Part shown: piece after piece, positions 19,061-28,372 of the stretch | Position numbering within the stretch: position 1 is the stretch's first letter | How the letters are laid out: every line of letters begins with the position of its first letter | From: a virus | Taxonomy: Duplodnaviria > Caudoviricetes | Reading direction: 5' to 3' (one strand) | Virus record (IMG/VR): IMGVR_UViG_2816332320_000003 | Span: 64,001-128,000 of that record | Length of the DNA stretch: 64,000 nucleotides | Translations under genes and position numbers: made by a program | Notes under the pieces: generated by a model | Databases searched by the model: none | What the model was told of the DNA's origin: nothing | What the model saw: only the letters and a program-made list of their open reading frames with translations

Positions 19061-19288
19061 TCAACTGCCGAATTTTAAACTAAATTCCATTGACATCTTT
19101 TTTAAAAACTTCTTCCTATCTTCTGTTTCATCTGCAAATGGAAAAATTAAAATACATTCCTCTTGCTTTGTCTTTATTTCAACTCCATACTCTTGCATGA
19201 AACACGCTTCAAGCTCCACTCTTTTGTGGTGACAAGAGAAGTGAGTTGGCTTATGCTGACAGTTAAAATCTCTACATGAAAAAATCAA
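19061..19288 (-). CDS. hypothetical protein
   Basis: 75-aa ORF in leftward run. Confidence 0.45.
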   Translation of the reverse strand: MIFSCRDFNCQHKPTHFSCHHKRVELEACFMQEYGVEIKTKQEECILIFPFADETEDRKKFLKKMSMEFSLKFGS

Positions 19289-19323
19289 GTTCTTGTCACC
19301 ACATTCCCGATAAAGTATTGATT

Positions 19324-19866
19324 TTAACTAAAATGTCTTCTGAAATTGGGATAAAACGTTTCCCCAAAAGCTATAGCATCTTCTCGGTTTTCACGAGGAT
19401 CATTAAGCCATGGCTTAATCAAATTAAATAATTCATATTCAGTGGGCATCCATTGTGAATACACTATATTTAGTTGACCATTTCTTTTCAGTGAAAGAAG
19501 ATGGCTTTTAACATTTGAAATTTCCCTAACATCAACTATGTCAACTCTACTAACAGCGACTTGTTCTTCCGACCATGATGTACTTTGGGAGAACAGTGCA
19601 TTATCTACTTTATACACATATCCTTCTGACTGACGATATCTCCAATTAAAAGCACCAGTGACCTTTTCTGATATAGTAAATACACCGAATTTATCCCTAC
19701 CCATATCAAAGATATGACCTCTTCCACTACGATGAGCAAAAGTAGCAGCTACTATTGGATCATGAGTTGCGTATACATATTGACTACCAGTTTGAGGTTC
19801 AAGATATGGTAAATTCTTAAAGGGTGATGCGTGATAAAGAAATTGACTCAACCTATTCCTCTCCAT
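19324..19866 (-). CDS. possible ADP-ribosyltransferase-fold protein (Arr-like H-Y clade)
   Basis: LYHAS...LEP...YVYATHDPIVA...GYVYKV...E. Confidence 0.45.
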   Translation of the reverse strand: MERNRLSQFLYHASPFKNLPYLEPQTGSQYVYATHDPIVAATFAHRSGRGHIFDMGRDKFGVFTISEKVTGAFNWRYRQSEGYVYKVDNALFSQSTSWSEEQVAVSRVDIVDVREISNVKSHLLSLKRNGQLNIVYSQWMPTEYELFNLIKPWLNDPRENREDAIAFGETFYPNFRRHFS

Positions 19867-19884
19867 TCCCGATCAAATTAGACT

Positions 19885-20019
19885 TTAATCCAATTCCTCA
19901 ATATCTCCTTCGAGATATTCTTCATTAAAAGCCTCACCACAATTTAAGCATTTCCATTTACTGAGTCCTTCTTCGATCAACGATTCTTTTCCACATGCTG
20001 GGCATTCTCTGTCTCCCAT
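19885..20019 (-). CDS. 44-aa zinc-ribbon protein (not in ORF track)
   Basis: MGDRECPACGKESLIEEGLSKWKCLNCGEAFNEE; AAAGGA RBS; stop inside palindrome 19872. Confidence 0.65.
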   Translation of the reverse strand: MGDRECPACGKESLIEEGLSKWKCLNCGEAFNEEYLEGDIEELD

Positions 20020-20048
20020 ATTTACTATCCTTTCTTATAAGAGCATTT

Positions 20049-20276
20049 CTATTTGCTGTTATGCTGCTCTATCATCTTCTGAATCTCTGCTAATAACTTC
20101 GGATCATCTGGCAGCTCAATCTTGTTTTGCTTCTTGATGACAATTTCCTTGTTCTCAGTTACTTCAACTGATAGCATATCACCATACTCTGCACCAATTA
20201 GTTTCAACTGTTCAGTAATTGAGACTCCCAAGCTAGTTCCAATCTTGATGACTTTTCTCTCCTGCAATTGGTTCAC
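20049..20276 (-). CDS. AbrB/MazE/SpoVT-family DNA-binding protein
   Basis: RKVIKIGTSLGVSI...GDMLSVEV...IVIKK swapped-hairpin signature; own TTGCAC-N17-TATAAT promoter. Confidence 0.75.
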   Translation of the reverse strand: MNQLQERKVIKIGTSLGVSITEQLKLIGAEYGDMLSVEVTENKEIVIKKQNKIELPDDPKLLAEIQKMIEQHNSK

Positions 20277-20426
20277 CTCACCTTACATTTCCTTATATAC
20301 CCATTATAGCGACTATTATATAATAGTGCAAGATGATTTCGGAGAAAACTTTTTCTGTTTATATATTTTTGGTTATTAAAACAATAACCTGTCATATTGA
20401 CAGGTCTATTTGTTTACATGATATTT

Positions 20427-20684
20427 TTATGAATGTTCAGCTCTATAAATAAGATCAGCCAATTCCTCAGAAATTTCAGTTTCCCCAAAAAGCTCAAACC
20501 CAGCATTTATGTAATCTTCAACGTGTTCATCGTTACATACAACAACATCACTTTCACTGGTGAGGACAAAGCATTTTCGTGAAATATCATAGTCAACATA
20601 GTTTGAATAAAGATGAATTGTATTTTTCAATTCATCAGTTTTAACAACATTGTCCAATAGAGCAGCTTCGAGAGTTTTCATCAT
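20427..20684 (-). CDS. hypothetical protein
   Basis: AAGGAGG RBS, own promoter, terminator near 20386-20406. Confidence 0.65.
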   Translation of the reverse strand: MMKTLEAALLDNVVKTDELKNTIHLYSNYVDYDISRKCFVLTSESDVVVCNDEHVEDYINAGFELFGETEISEELADLIYRAEHS

Positions 20685-20795
20685 TTAAGCCTCCTTATGG
20701 TTGTTTACCTGATAATCCCATTATACCACATGTCCACTCGTTAACAAGTACACGTTCTATATTTTTATTTATTAACAATCGTGGGATTTCCCACT

Positions 20796-21425
20796 TTATC
20801 CAAGTATCATATCCATTTCTGATTTGACCTGCCTAAAGAAGTAATACATTCTTTTCATCATTTCAGGTGTAATACCTCTTGCTTCCATCTCTTCAGCAAA
20901 TTTAAACCACTCACCATATTGCTCAATCATTTCTTGTCTTAATTGCTCTCTAAGACTATCAATTTCAAGATTCAACTCATCTTTTCTGTGTTGTAGTGTG
21001 TTGTATACACTAGTGGCTTCTTTAATAACAATTTGGTTTATATCTTCCGATAAATAATCATTATAAAATGACTCTCTAAGCCATGTGCCATCTGGCTTTC
21101 CATTGATTATAGGAATGTCATTTGCTTTACTATAATCTCTAATCAACATCGTGGATAAACTATCCCAAAACTCACTATCATCCTTCGATGTCTTAACTCC
21201 ACCTAATATAAACAACAATTTAAGATCCACTTCGAGTGCTTTCGACAAATTCTCAAAGTTTTCTGGTGTAGGAAGGTGTTCTCCACGCTCAATCTTGCTT
21301 AAATGAGAAAAGCTTATCTTGCTTAATTCCTCAAGTTTACGCAAGGAATAACCTTTCTGCCTTCTAATTTCGCGTATGTACTCTCCAAGTCTTGTATGGG
21401 CTGATTCCATGCTATTCTCTCCCAT
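20796..21425 (-). CDS. XRE-family HTH repressor
   Basis: IREIRRQKGYSLRKLEELSKISFSHLSKIERGEH; divergent from 21596 gene. Confidence 0.85.
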   Translation of the reverse strand: MGENSMESAHTRLGEYIREIRRQKGYSLRKLEELSKISFSHLSKIERGEHLPTPENFENLSKALEVDLKLLFILGGVKTSKDDSEFWDSLSTMLIRDYSKANDIPIINGKPDGTWLRESFYNDYLSEDINQIVIKEATSVYNTLQHRKDELNLEIDSLREQLRQEMIEQYGEWFKFAEEMEARGITPEMMKRMYYFFRQVKSEMDMILG

Positions 21426-21595
21426 TATTACATATTTTCCTTGCTCAAATTATACGTGTTAATGAACTAATAACACAACACAACAATTTTGTAATATGCT
21501 GTCGAATTGTGTTGACTCGTGACACATAGGAAGATTATACTAATATCAACAGCTTGGAGCGACTAGATAAATATACATATTCAGGAGGAGAATGC

Positions 21596-21793
21596 ATGGA
21601 GGTTTTTGGAGAGCTTCGTATTCCTATCTCAATTCAATTATCAAACAACACAACAGAGCCACTTCAACTAGTTCGTACGCTAGTTAACGATTACAATCTT
21701 CATATGACTCAACTTAAATTATCTACTGTTGATGGTCTTTGTGTTACTGTCTCTGTGCATGATCACTCAATTGAATGGATCGAAGTAATATAA
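21596..21793 (+). CDS. hypothetical protein divergent from XRE regulator
   Basis: AGGAGG RBS, sigmaA-like promoter, hairpin AACCTGCC-AATC-GGCAGGTT downstream. Confidence 0.6.
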   Translation: MEVFGELRIPISIQLSNNTTEPLQLVRTLVNDYNLHMTQLKLSTVDGLCVTVSVHDHSIEWIEVI

Positions 21794-21818
21794 AACCTGC
21801 CAATCGGCAGGTTATTTT

Positions 21819-22283
21819 TTATGCTTGAATAAAATTCGCCTCATTATTGAAAAAAGCTTCACATCTCTGTTTAGTCATGCGATGATTTGCGTTGCCAAAT
21901 ACAATAGACTTTAATGAGAGCACAAGCAATTCATTCCCCAGTTTGTCATAAAACTTTGTTTCTCTTACTGCAAACATATCAATTTTCTCTTTTCTGAAAG
22001 TAATGCTGCTGCCAACATGTTTGGGCTGGTCTACATCAACTAGCTTCAAATCAGCAAATTTACCTCTCATTCCATCAAAAACATATTCTGCCATCTTGCC
22101 TTCTGGAATCTTTATATTTCTAGACTTTCGATACGCTTCTTCTGCCTCCAACTTGAGATGTCCTCTAGTGTCGAACAGCTTTTGAGTGACGTGTGCCCAA
22201 TAGAACCAATCAGGGTCTTTAAACAATACTTGGGGTAGTGTAGATCCCTCATGTTTTCCGAAATTTAATTGAGTCCAGTTCAT
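21819..22283 (-). CDS. protein with N-terminal ExoX-C/DUF3820-like motif
   Basis: LNFGKHEG..LPQVLFKDPDWFYW. Confidence 0.55.
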   Translation of the reverse strand: MNWTQLNFGKHEGSTLPQVLFKDPDWFYWAHVTQKLFDTRGHLKLEAEEAYRKSRNIKIPEGKMAEYVFDGMRGKFADLKLVDVDQPKHVGSSITFRKEKIDMFAVRETKFYDKLGNELLVLSLKSIVFGNANHRMTKQRCEAFFNNEANFIQA

Positions 22284-22325
22284 GTGTAATTACCCCTTTT
22301 CATTTAAATCACGTTTCTATTTGAA

Positions 22326-22547
22326 CTAGTGAGCTATGATGAAGTTCGTCTTAGGATACCATCCAATTGAACCATCTTCAAAATCTATGCAATAAGTATC
22401 TACACACTCATCAATAACAGCATAACTTTCACCTAGCTCTACTTTTGATTTCTTGAAATTACTATGTGGTTGCTCAACACATTTTACCCGCATTGCACGA
22501 TCACCTGTCCCATGAGAAAGTCTCTTATAATTGCTTAAATAGATCAT
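22326..22547 (-). CDS. small SH3-like protein
   Basis: MRVKCVE...GESYAVI...DGSIGWYPKTNF. Confidence 0.55.
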   Translation of the reverse strand: MIYLSNYKRLSHGTGDRAMRVKCVEQPHSNFKKSKVELGESYAVIDECVDTYCIDFEDGSIGWYPKTNFIIAH

Positions 22548-22731
22548 TCATCTCTAATTTAAATGTCCCCAATAACTTTTGGTACTCTGGAGATTCTCTT
22601 TCAAGTTCTGTTAATTGAAAGTCAGGCTTATCAGACCCTGCCCACATACTTTGAAATACATTCTTATGATACCATTGACCCTTGTCATCCTCTAAATAGT
22701 GTCCATTAGATGCTCTATAGATATTAATCAT
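22525..22731 (-). CDS. hypothetical protein
   Basis: 68 aa, GAGGA RBS. Confidence 0.55.
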   Translation of the reverse strand: MINIYRASNGHYLEDDKGQWYHKNVFQSMWAGSDKPDFQLTELERESPEYQKLLGTFKLEMNDLFKQL

Positions 22732-22763
22732 TGATATCCTCTTTCCTATATAAAATCACATTT

Positions 22764-23186
22764 TTATTCAAAAGTTATTTCTTCAAAATCCAAGTTATTA
22801 TCTTTCAACTTAGCCCACACTACTTTCAATTCCTCGTCAGTGATAAACCCCCTGTCTGCGTTATTAATTATCACATTAAACAATAAAGCTTCGTCCAAGT
22901 TGTAATCCTCATCATAGATTGAGTCAATGTCGGTCTCATTTGAACCAAAATGATATGTTCCTGCACCATAAATAATCATTCTACCAGTGTCTTCTATTCC
23001 CCAATCTTTCGCCCCATAATCCGAAAAACACATTGCTTGTGGGTCTGTTTTTGACAACCAAAGAGCCTTTATTTCTTGTCCGTTTGCTTTCATTTTGACA
23101 GTGTACAGTGAACCATACTTACCATTGACTTTGAACCATTTGCCATCAGCAATCGTATCTAAAAATTCTTGTTTGGTCATATCCAT
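22764..23186 (-). CDS. hypothetical protein
   Basis: bounded by palindromes 22750 and 23194. Confidence 0.65.
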   Translation of the reverse strand: MDMTKQEFLDTIADGKWFKVNGKYGSLYTVKMKANGQEIKALWLSKTDPQAMCFSDYGAKDWGIEDTGRMIIYGAGTYHFGSNETDIDSIYDEDYNLDEALLFNVIINNADRGFITDEELKVVWAKLKDNNLDFEEITFE

Positions 23187-23210
23187 TCTCCTTATAAAAT
23201 AAGTCTTTTA

Positions 23211-23618
23211 TTATCTTGTGCAGCACGTTAATGCAAGTAATTTGCTTCTTGGTGTTTTAGGGTTATTAATTTTACTAAAAATCTGTTCTAATCTGTCGAT
23301 TTGCCTAGTAATTAATGCATTAACAATTCCTCTTGGAATGTAAACTTTCTCAATTTCAACCCAGAAAGTATTGTCCTCCAAGCTGTCTAACGACTTCCAT
23401 TCTTTAAAGTGTCCTCTTGAATTGTCTTTGTAGATAACAACCACTGGGAAGCTTGAACCTAGAGCCTCAATATAAAAATCTAAGAATTCCTTTTTTAGGC
23501 TTCCTTTGAATGAATAAAGAAATCCCTCAAATTCAGATGATTCAAATTTTATTTCTTTCATGATTTCACTAACCATCTTTATCACCCCTGCCCGATACAA
23601 TATGTTCTTTATATCCAT
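23211..23618 (-). CDS. hypothetical protein
   Basis: ORF overlapping HNH gene end; start probably 23576. Confidence 0.55.
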   Translation of the reverse strand: MDIKNILYRAGVIKMVSEIMKEIKFESSEFEGFLYSFKGSLKKEFLDFYIEALGSSFPVVVIYKDNSRGHFKEWKSLDSLEDNTFWVEIEKVYIPRGIVNALITRQIDRLEQIFSKINNPKTPRSKLLALTCCTR

Positions 23619-24231
23619 TACTCAGCCATACATAAATTTTAAAGTATCGATCTCTGTTATAAATGTCGTTTTTCTTATTATACCAGTTATTTAAGCTTTC
23701 TGTACGTTTACTCGAATTACAACCATGACAACTGGGAATGCAATTCTTCAAGTCGTTACGACCATTGAAAATAACATGTTCTTTATGTAGACCTTGATTC
23801 CTATACTTATTCTTGTGGTCATCCTCTGAAAGACCACAGTATGCACACTCAAATTGAAAAAATGTTTTACACGCAATCCATTCTTTTTGTGTTATGTTAT
23901 GTTTTCGTTGGCTTCGCCTCTTTTCATTGTACGTTTTTATTTTATTCTTGTTATTTTTTCGCCACTTCGAAGCATACTGCCTTTTGAAGTCTCCCAAATT
24001 TCTATCAATTATTTTTTGTTTTTCTTTCAGCCTTTCCTTGTTCTTTTTATACCATTGCTTTTTGTATGCCATATATTCTTCTTTATTGTCTACTGCATAT
24101 TTCCTACTATTTTCTTTGAAACAATCCCTGCACCATGAATTAAGTCCATCTTTTCTGTTTTTATCTTTGTAAAAATATTCTTCAGTAGCAGGATAGGCTG
24201 CCTTACATTTTGTACACGCTTTATTCAACAT
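23569..24231 (-). CDS. HNH endonuclease with N-terminal zinc finger
   Basis: CTKC..CRDC; CAYCG...HKEHVI...NCIPSCHGCNSSK. Confidence 0.85.
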   Translation of the reverse strand: MLNKACTKCKAAYPATEEYFYKDKNRKDGLNSWCRDCFKENSRKYAVDNKEEYMAYKKQWYKKNKERLKEKQKIIDRNLGDFKRQYASKWRKNNKNKIKTYNEKRRSQRKHNITQKEWIACKTFFQFECAYCGLSEDDHKNKYRNQGLHKEHVIFNGRNDLKNCIPSCHGCNSSKRTESLNNWYNKKNDIYNRDRYFKIYVWLSNGYKEHIVSGRGDKDG

Positions 24232-24337
24232 TATATCCCTTTCTATTCAACTCTTGGTACTGTTTAATGAGTATGTCTTTTGCTACTCCAGTTATACCTT
24301 CTCGCTCCAACTTCTTAGCGAATTCATTAATTTTCAT
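24221..24337 (-). CDS. 38-aa peptide immediately downstream of mazF (not in ORF track)
   Basis: MKINEFAKKLEREGITGVAKDILIKQYQELNRKGYNVE; GAGGTG RBS; overlaps HNH start. Confidence 0.55.
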   Translation of the reverse strand: MKINEFAKKLEREGITGVAKDILIKQYQELNRKGYNVE

Positions 24338-24351
24338 TAATATCACCTCTA

Positions 24352-24768
24352 TTAGATTGCCAAACATCCAACCTTATTTGTTTTCATTTTCTTATTTTTA
24401 ATTGCTAAAAAATCTTGAGGTGTAATTAAGCTCAAACTTACCTCTAAAGCTTCATTTACGTCTTCCATGGTTTTAAAATTCAAAGTTGCCACTTTACGAG
24501 ACAATCGTTGTTTATCAATTGTTCTAATCTGCTCTAGTAGAATAACACTATCTTTTTCGATGTCATAATCTTTCGCGCTAATTTCAACATGAGTTGGCTG
24601 TCTTCCCTTCGAAATTTGAGAAGTAATTGCCGCAACAATCACCGTTGGGCCAAATTTGTTTCCAATGTCATTTTGGATGATAAGGACTGGTCTGTTACCA
24701 CCTTGCTCACTTCCTACAACTGGAGAAAGGTCAGCTAAGTAGATCTCCCCTCGATATACTGGCTTCAA
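24352..24768 (-). CDS. mazF: MazF/PemK-family endoribonuclease, close to Bacillus NdoA (EndoA)
   Basis: [32 protein letters not shown]...VAAITS...[17 protein letters not shown]; catalytic Arg and Thr retained; own promoter, no upstream antitoxin ORF. Confidence 0.93.
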   Translation of the reverse strand: MKPVYRGEIYLADLSPVVGSEQGGNRPVLIIQNDIGNKFGPTVIVAAITSQISKGRQPTHVEISAKDYDIEKDSVILLEQIRTIDKQRLSRKVATLNFKTMEDVNEALEVSLSLITPQDFLAIKNKKMKTNKVGCLAI

Positions 24769-24918
24769 GTTTTCTCCTCCCTTTTCTTCATTTTTGATTT
24801 ATAATATCTATTATTTTTATGTCTATAATATACCACGACAAATTACCCATTGCAAGTAAAATTATACAATACAACGATAAAAAGACCTTAATTGGTAAGG
24901 TCTTTTTAAGCGAAGGAT

Positions 24919-25260
24919 TCACTTTGTTACACTAATAAGATTTTCTATCTTGATCCATTCAGAACTCCAGTCACTGATAAGCTTAAACCGTCTTTTATTA
25001 GCGTCTATCTCCTTTACAACACCCCATGAAGACTCCAATGTCCCCAGATTACCTTTCGCTGGCTGAAACCATTTAACATCGATTGCATAGTCATACTGTG
25101 TACTGTCATAGATACGAAAGCACATCTCACCAAAATCATCATCATCGACATAAGGCTTCTCCTGCAATCCACGTTTACTTTCATGATCAAGGATAGCAGC
25201 TCTTTGTTCAGGTAAAACCATTCGCATACTTCCAAACAGGTCATTAATCTTTTTGGACAC
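24919..25260 (-). CDS. YolD-like protein (UmuD functional analogue, YqjX family)
   Basis: SMRMVLPEQRAAI motif; LexA box upstream; terminator 24880-24906. Confidence 0.8.
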   Translation of the reverse strand: MSKKINDLFGSMRMVLPEQRAAILDHESKRGLQEKPYVDDDDFGEMCFRIYDSTQYDYAIDVKWFQPAKGNLGTLESSWGVVKEIDANKRRFKLISDWSSEWIKIENLISVTK

Positions 25261-25280
25261 TGTAACACACCTCTTAATAA

Positions 25281-25292
25281 GAACGTTTGTTC
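25281..25292. promoter_or_regulatory. LexA box of yolD-like gene
   Basis: GAAC-GTTT-GTTC between promoter and RBS. Confidence 0.8.
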
Positions 25293-25384
25293 GTTTGTTC
25301 TTATATTATGCTACCAGTTAAGGAAAGATGCAAGCAAAAAAGACTTCGCTCTTTTTGGCAAAGTCTTCTAATGAAATGCGTATT

Positions 25385-26335
25385 TTATTTAGTCATGATC
25401 TGACCAAGAAGAGATGCAACTTGTTCTTGAATGTTTGAGGCTACAAGGCTGCCTGTAATCCCTTCTGAAATATTTCTTACAGATTTTAAGGTCTCTGCAA
25501 TTACATTTAACTTTGGCTTTGGTGATTTAACTTGCAATTCTAATACACCAATGTCTGATTCTAGAATTTCTTTCTGTTCCGTGTCATGTACTTCTTTAGA
25601 CATTTTTTTAAGACTTTCAATTAAATGATTTAAGTCGCTCATTTTAATTGAAGAAGTCATTGTGTTAGTTTGGGTTGAATTTTCTGTATGTTGTTGTAAC
25701 TGAATGTTGCCCCCAGATGAGTTAAAGATATTGTTGTTTGTGATAATTTGAGCTGTACTCTTTGCCGCAGTTTCTTCATCTCTCTTTGAAAAGGACATTC
25801 CTTCGCCCAAAACTCCATCCTCCTCTAGTTTTAAACTCCAATTTAGTACAATGGCTCTTACTGCTTCAATAATTTTTTGAAATTGAGATGCAGTAATGTC
25901 TAATTTGCATACCATTGGAAACTCCATATACTTCATAAGATACTCTTGTGTCTTATCTGGGAAGTTCATTTGCAAATAACCTGTTTTAGTTTGTCCTAAC
26001 AAATGCTCGATTTCGCCAACTGAAATATTTATCTTTCGAACAGTTAGTGATTGAGACAATTTTTCGTCTGAAAAAATTGCAGGTATATTTAACCCATTAT
26101 ACGGATTTTTAGCTGTCACTACCCCTCTAATTTCCCGATAGTCAGGTAAACTGTCCAAGGAACCCTTATACCCATTTAGTTCATTGTTAATCCATGCTTC
26201 AAAATCACGAACTTTCAATTTTTTCGCGACCATTAAAGCCTTTCTCAAAAGATCGTTAATCTTACATTTTCCGTCTACTGCTTCTCTTTGAAGTTCTAAA
26301 ACTAGTGAAATGCTGATCCCCCCTTTTTGTCCCAT
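25385..26335 (-). CDS. AbiTii-domain protein (putative anti-phage)
   Basis: SLVLELQREAVD..INDLLRKALMVAKKL...WINNELNGY...PDYR N-terminal AbiTii signature. Confidence 0.75.
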   Translation of the reverse strand: MGQKGGISISLVLELQREAVDGKCKINDLLRKALMVAKKLKVRDFEAWINNELNGYKGSLDSLPDYREIRGVVTAKNPYNGLNIPAIFSDEKLSQSLTVRKINISVGEIEHLLGQTKTGYLQMNFPDKTQEYLMKYMEFPMVCKLDITASQFQKIIEAVRAIVLNWSLKLEEDGVLGEGMSFSKRDEETAAKSTAQIITNNNIFNSSGGNIQLQQHTENSTQTNTMTSSIKMSDLNHLIESLKKMSKEVHDTEQKEILESDIGVLELQVKSPKPKLNVIAETLKSVRNISEGITGSLVASNIQEQVASLLGQIMTK

Positions 26336-26393
26336 TTCATTCTACGGTATAAATACCATATCAAAATTTGACTATTTAAATCAATTGTCTCTT

Positions 26394-26777
26394 TTATTGA
26401 AAACACTCAGTGTAAAAGTACTCCTCACCCGTTAACGGATCAATGAAAGATTCTTTCTCATAATACGGTCTATAATCATAATCATTTGTTGAGCCTTCAT
26501 GCTTGCAAAATGCATCGATGCACCACAATGGAAACCCAGACATTGCATGTGTAAACCTAATGACCCTAACGCCAGTGATTTTTCGCTTGAATAGAGCCGA
26601 TGCAAATCGAATCATTTCTTCATCTTGAACCCTATGCCATTCATCACAATTCATATTGATACTAATATGCTTCACTGCTGCTGACCATTGTTCACTGTTA
26701 ATTCTGTCAGTATAAACACTAGTTATGTAGTCGCCTTTATAGTAATTTCGCGGGAAATTCACTTGGGCAATTAACAT
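26394..26777 (-). CDS. hypothetical protein
   Basis: 127-aa ORF; stop inside palindrome 26380. Confidence 0.6.
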   Translation of the reverse strand: MLIAQVNFPRNYYKGDYITSVYTDRINSEQWSAAVKHISINMNCDEWHRVQDEEMIRFASALFKRKITGVRVIRFTHAMSGFPLWCIDAFCKHEGSTNDYDYRPYYEKESFIDPLTGEEYFYTECFQ

Positions 26778-26883
26778 GTTTTGAATGCCATATGGATTCG
26801 TCCAAAATTGATTGATATCATAAGCCTTTACCTTTGTAGTGTCATATCAAATCATTTTCTCACTCCCTATAAAAATAACGAAT

Positions 26884-27078
26884 TTATTGAAACTGGTACA
26901 GTTTTATTTCCTTTGGTGCAATTACCGTTCCATCTTTAGTGAGCAACTTTATTGTCAATTTATCATCCAACACATTTTCGATGATACCTAAATCTCCCAT
27001 AGCTACAGGGAAATAACCTTTATCACCAACTGGGATTCGTATATCTTCAAGAAACATCACTTTATCGCCTGTATTCAA
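26884..27078 (-). CDS. small SH3-like protein
   Basis: AGGAGG RBS, bounded by palindromes. Confidence 0.55.
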   Translation of the reverse strand: MNTGDKVMFLEDIRIPVGDKGYFPVAMGDLGIIENVLDDKLTIKLLTKDGTVIAPKEIKLYQFQ

Positions 27079-27115
27079 TTTGATACCCTCCTTATCGTTA
27101 AAATCAGACTTGTAT

Positions 27116-27319
27116 TCAGTTTTGATCAGCTAGACGCTGCCATGAAATAATCTGGGTCTTTACCTCAATTACTCCTCTACTTTTGTCTGCGTAATGTTCA
27201 TCTATCTTCATTAGATCTCTTTCAGTAAGAATTTCATTATCTGTTCTATAATAAATATTAGAAAAGATTCCTGTGTCGTTATGTCTAAGAACAACATAAA
27301 AGGTATACATCGCTATCAT
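27116..27319 (-). CDS. hypothetical protein
   Basis: bounded by palindromes 27098 and 27329. Confidence 0.55.
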   Translation of the reverse strand: MIAMYTFYVVLRHNDTGIFSNIYYRTDNEILTERDLMKIDEHYADKSRGVIEVKTQIISWQRLADQN

Positions 27320-27342
27320 CCTTTTCCAATAAATCTATGCTT

Positions 27343-27825
27343 TCATTGTGATAAGAGTTTATTTCGCACATTCACAATTCTTCTTTCAATAATTTCTATA
27401 TGCTCATCCAATGACTTCCCAGATTCAATTACATCGATAAGTCCCCAGTAAATCTCTTCTGATAAACTTGTGAGTTCATATTCAATTTGTCCAACCTGTT
27501 GGCGTATTTGTGAGTAAGAAATGTCCTCTTTATTGAGTCTCTCTGTTAAATGCTGTACTCTTTGCCTGACATTCACTAATAACACTTCCTTTTTAATCAA
27601 ATTTTTACAATCACTTATTTTTACATGTTTGTATTTGCTATTGCCCAACCTCACTACCTCAAACATCATGTCGCCAATGTTATACCTATATCTCCCTTTT
27701 CCGTCCACTCTGGTTATGCCTTCAGCCAATTGAGAGATGTAGTTGATATTATTGGATATGCATACCTCTTCCCAAATAAACGCCGTATCGTTTATTAACT
27801 GTACGTACTTGAATAGTTTGTACAT
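27343..27825 (-). CDS. hypothetical protein
   Basis: 160 aa, AAGGTG RBS. Confidence 0.6.
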   Translation of the reverse strand: MYKLFKYVQLINDTAFIWEEVCISNNINYISQLAEGITRVDGKGRYRYNIGDMMFEVVRLGNSKYKHVKISDCKNLIKKEVLLVNVRQRVQHLTERLNKEDISYSQIRQQVGQIEYELTSLSEEIYWGLIDVIESGKSLDEHIEIIERRIVNVRNKLLSQ

Positions 27826-27842
27826 CTATCTCACCTTAAACT

Positions 27843-28115
27843 CTAAATGTCTATCGGGAAATGCTTCGCTTTGAATTCTTGATACTCTTGTTTGACTGGT
27901 TCAAACCTTTGAGAGAGGAATGAATATGACGAAATACAATGTTTCCCGTAGAAATCCATTGCCTCAACAATTGTCTGATATTCATGCTTTAACATGTTTT
28001 GTGTAGTTTTCACAGTCTCTTTTTCATGTAAATCCATAGTTCTTCTAATACCTTCAATGTGTAATGTGATACCTGTGTATAAACATGAGCTAACTCCAGC
28101 AGGAACAATCAACAT
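27843..28115 (-). CDS. hypothetical protein
   Basis: 90-aa ORF in leftward run. Confidence 0.5.
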   Translation of the reverse strand: MLIVPAGVSSCLYTGITLHIEGIRRTMDLHEKETVKTTQNMLKHEYQTIVEAMDFYGKHCISSYSFLSQRFEPVKQEYQEFKAKHFPIDI

Positions 28116-28148
28116 CTATTAAACACCCTTTCCAAATAATTATTTTAT

Positions 28149-28343
28149 TCATTCTTTCAGTATGTAATCCTCATGATTGTCACTATAGATGAACTGTCCT
28201 TCACAAACGTTAATAACTCCATGCCATGTTTCTGTATGTTTGCGAATATCCTCAATGCTTGCTAGCTTCAATCCTAGATTGTTAAACGTTCCGTAGATCT
28301 GACCAATTTGATTCCTGTAAACATAGACATCTCTCGAATCCAT
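28149..28343 (-). CDS. hypothetical protein
   Basis: GAGGTG RBS, bounded by palindromes. Confidence 0.55.
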   Translation of the reverse strand: MDSRDVYVYRNQIGQIYGTFNNLGLKLASIEDIRKHTETWHGVINVCEGQFIYSDNHEDYILKE

Positions 28344-28372
28344 TTGATCACCTCATTCCATGAAATTTTACT

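Noticed and set aside
20049-20276. Cognate antitoxin of the mazF at 24352
   Set aside because: It is 4 kb away in a separate transcription unit, and Bacillus-type MazF pairs with an RHH MazE rather than an AbrB fold; kept only as a candidate to test.
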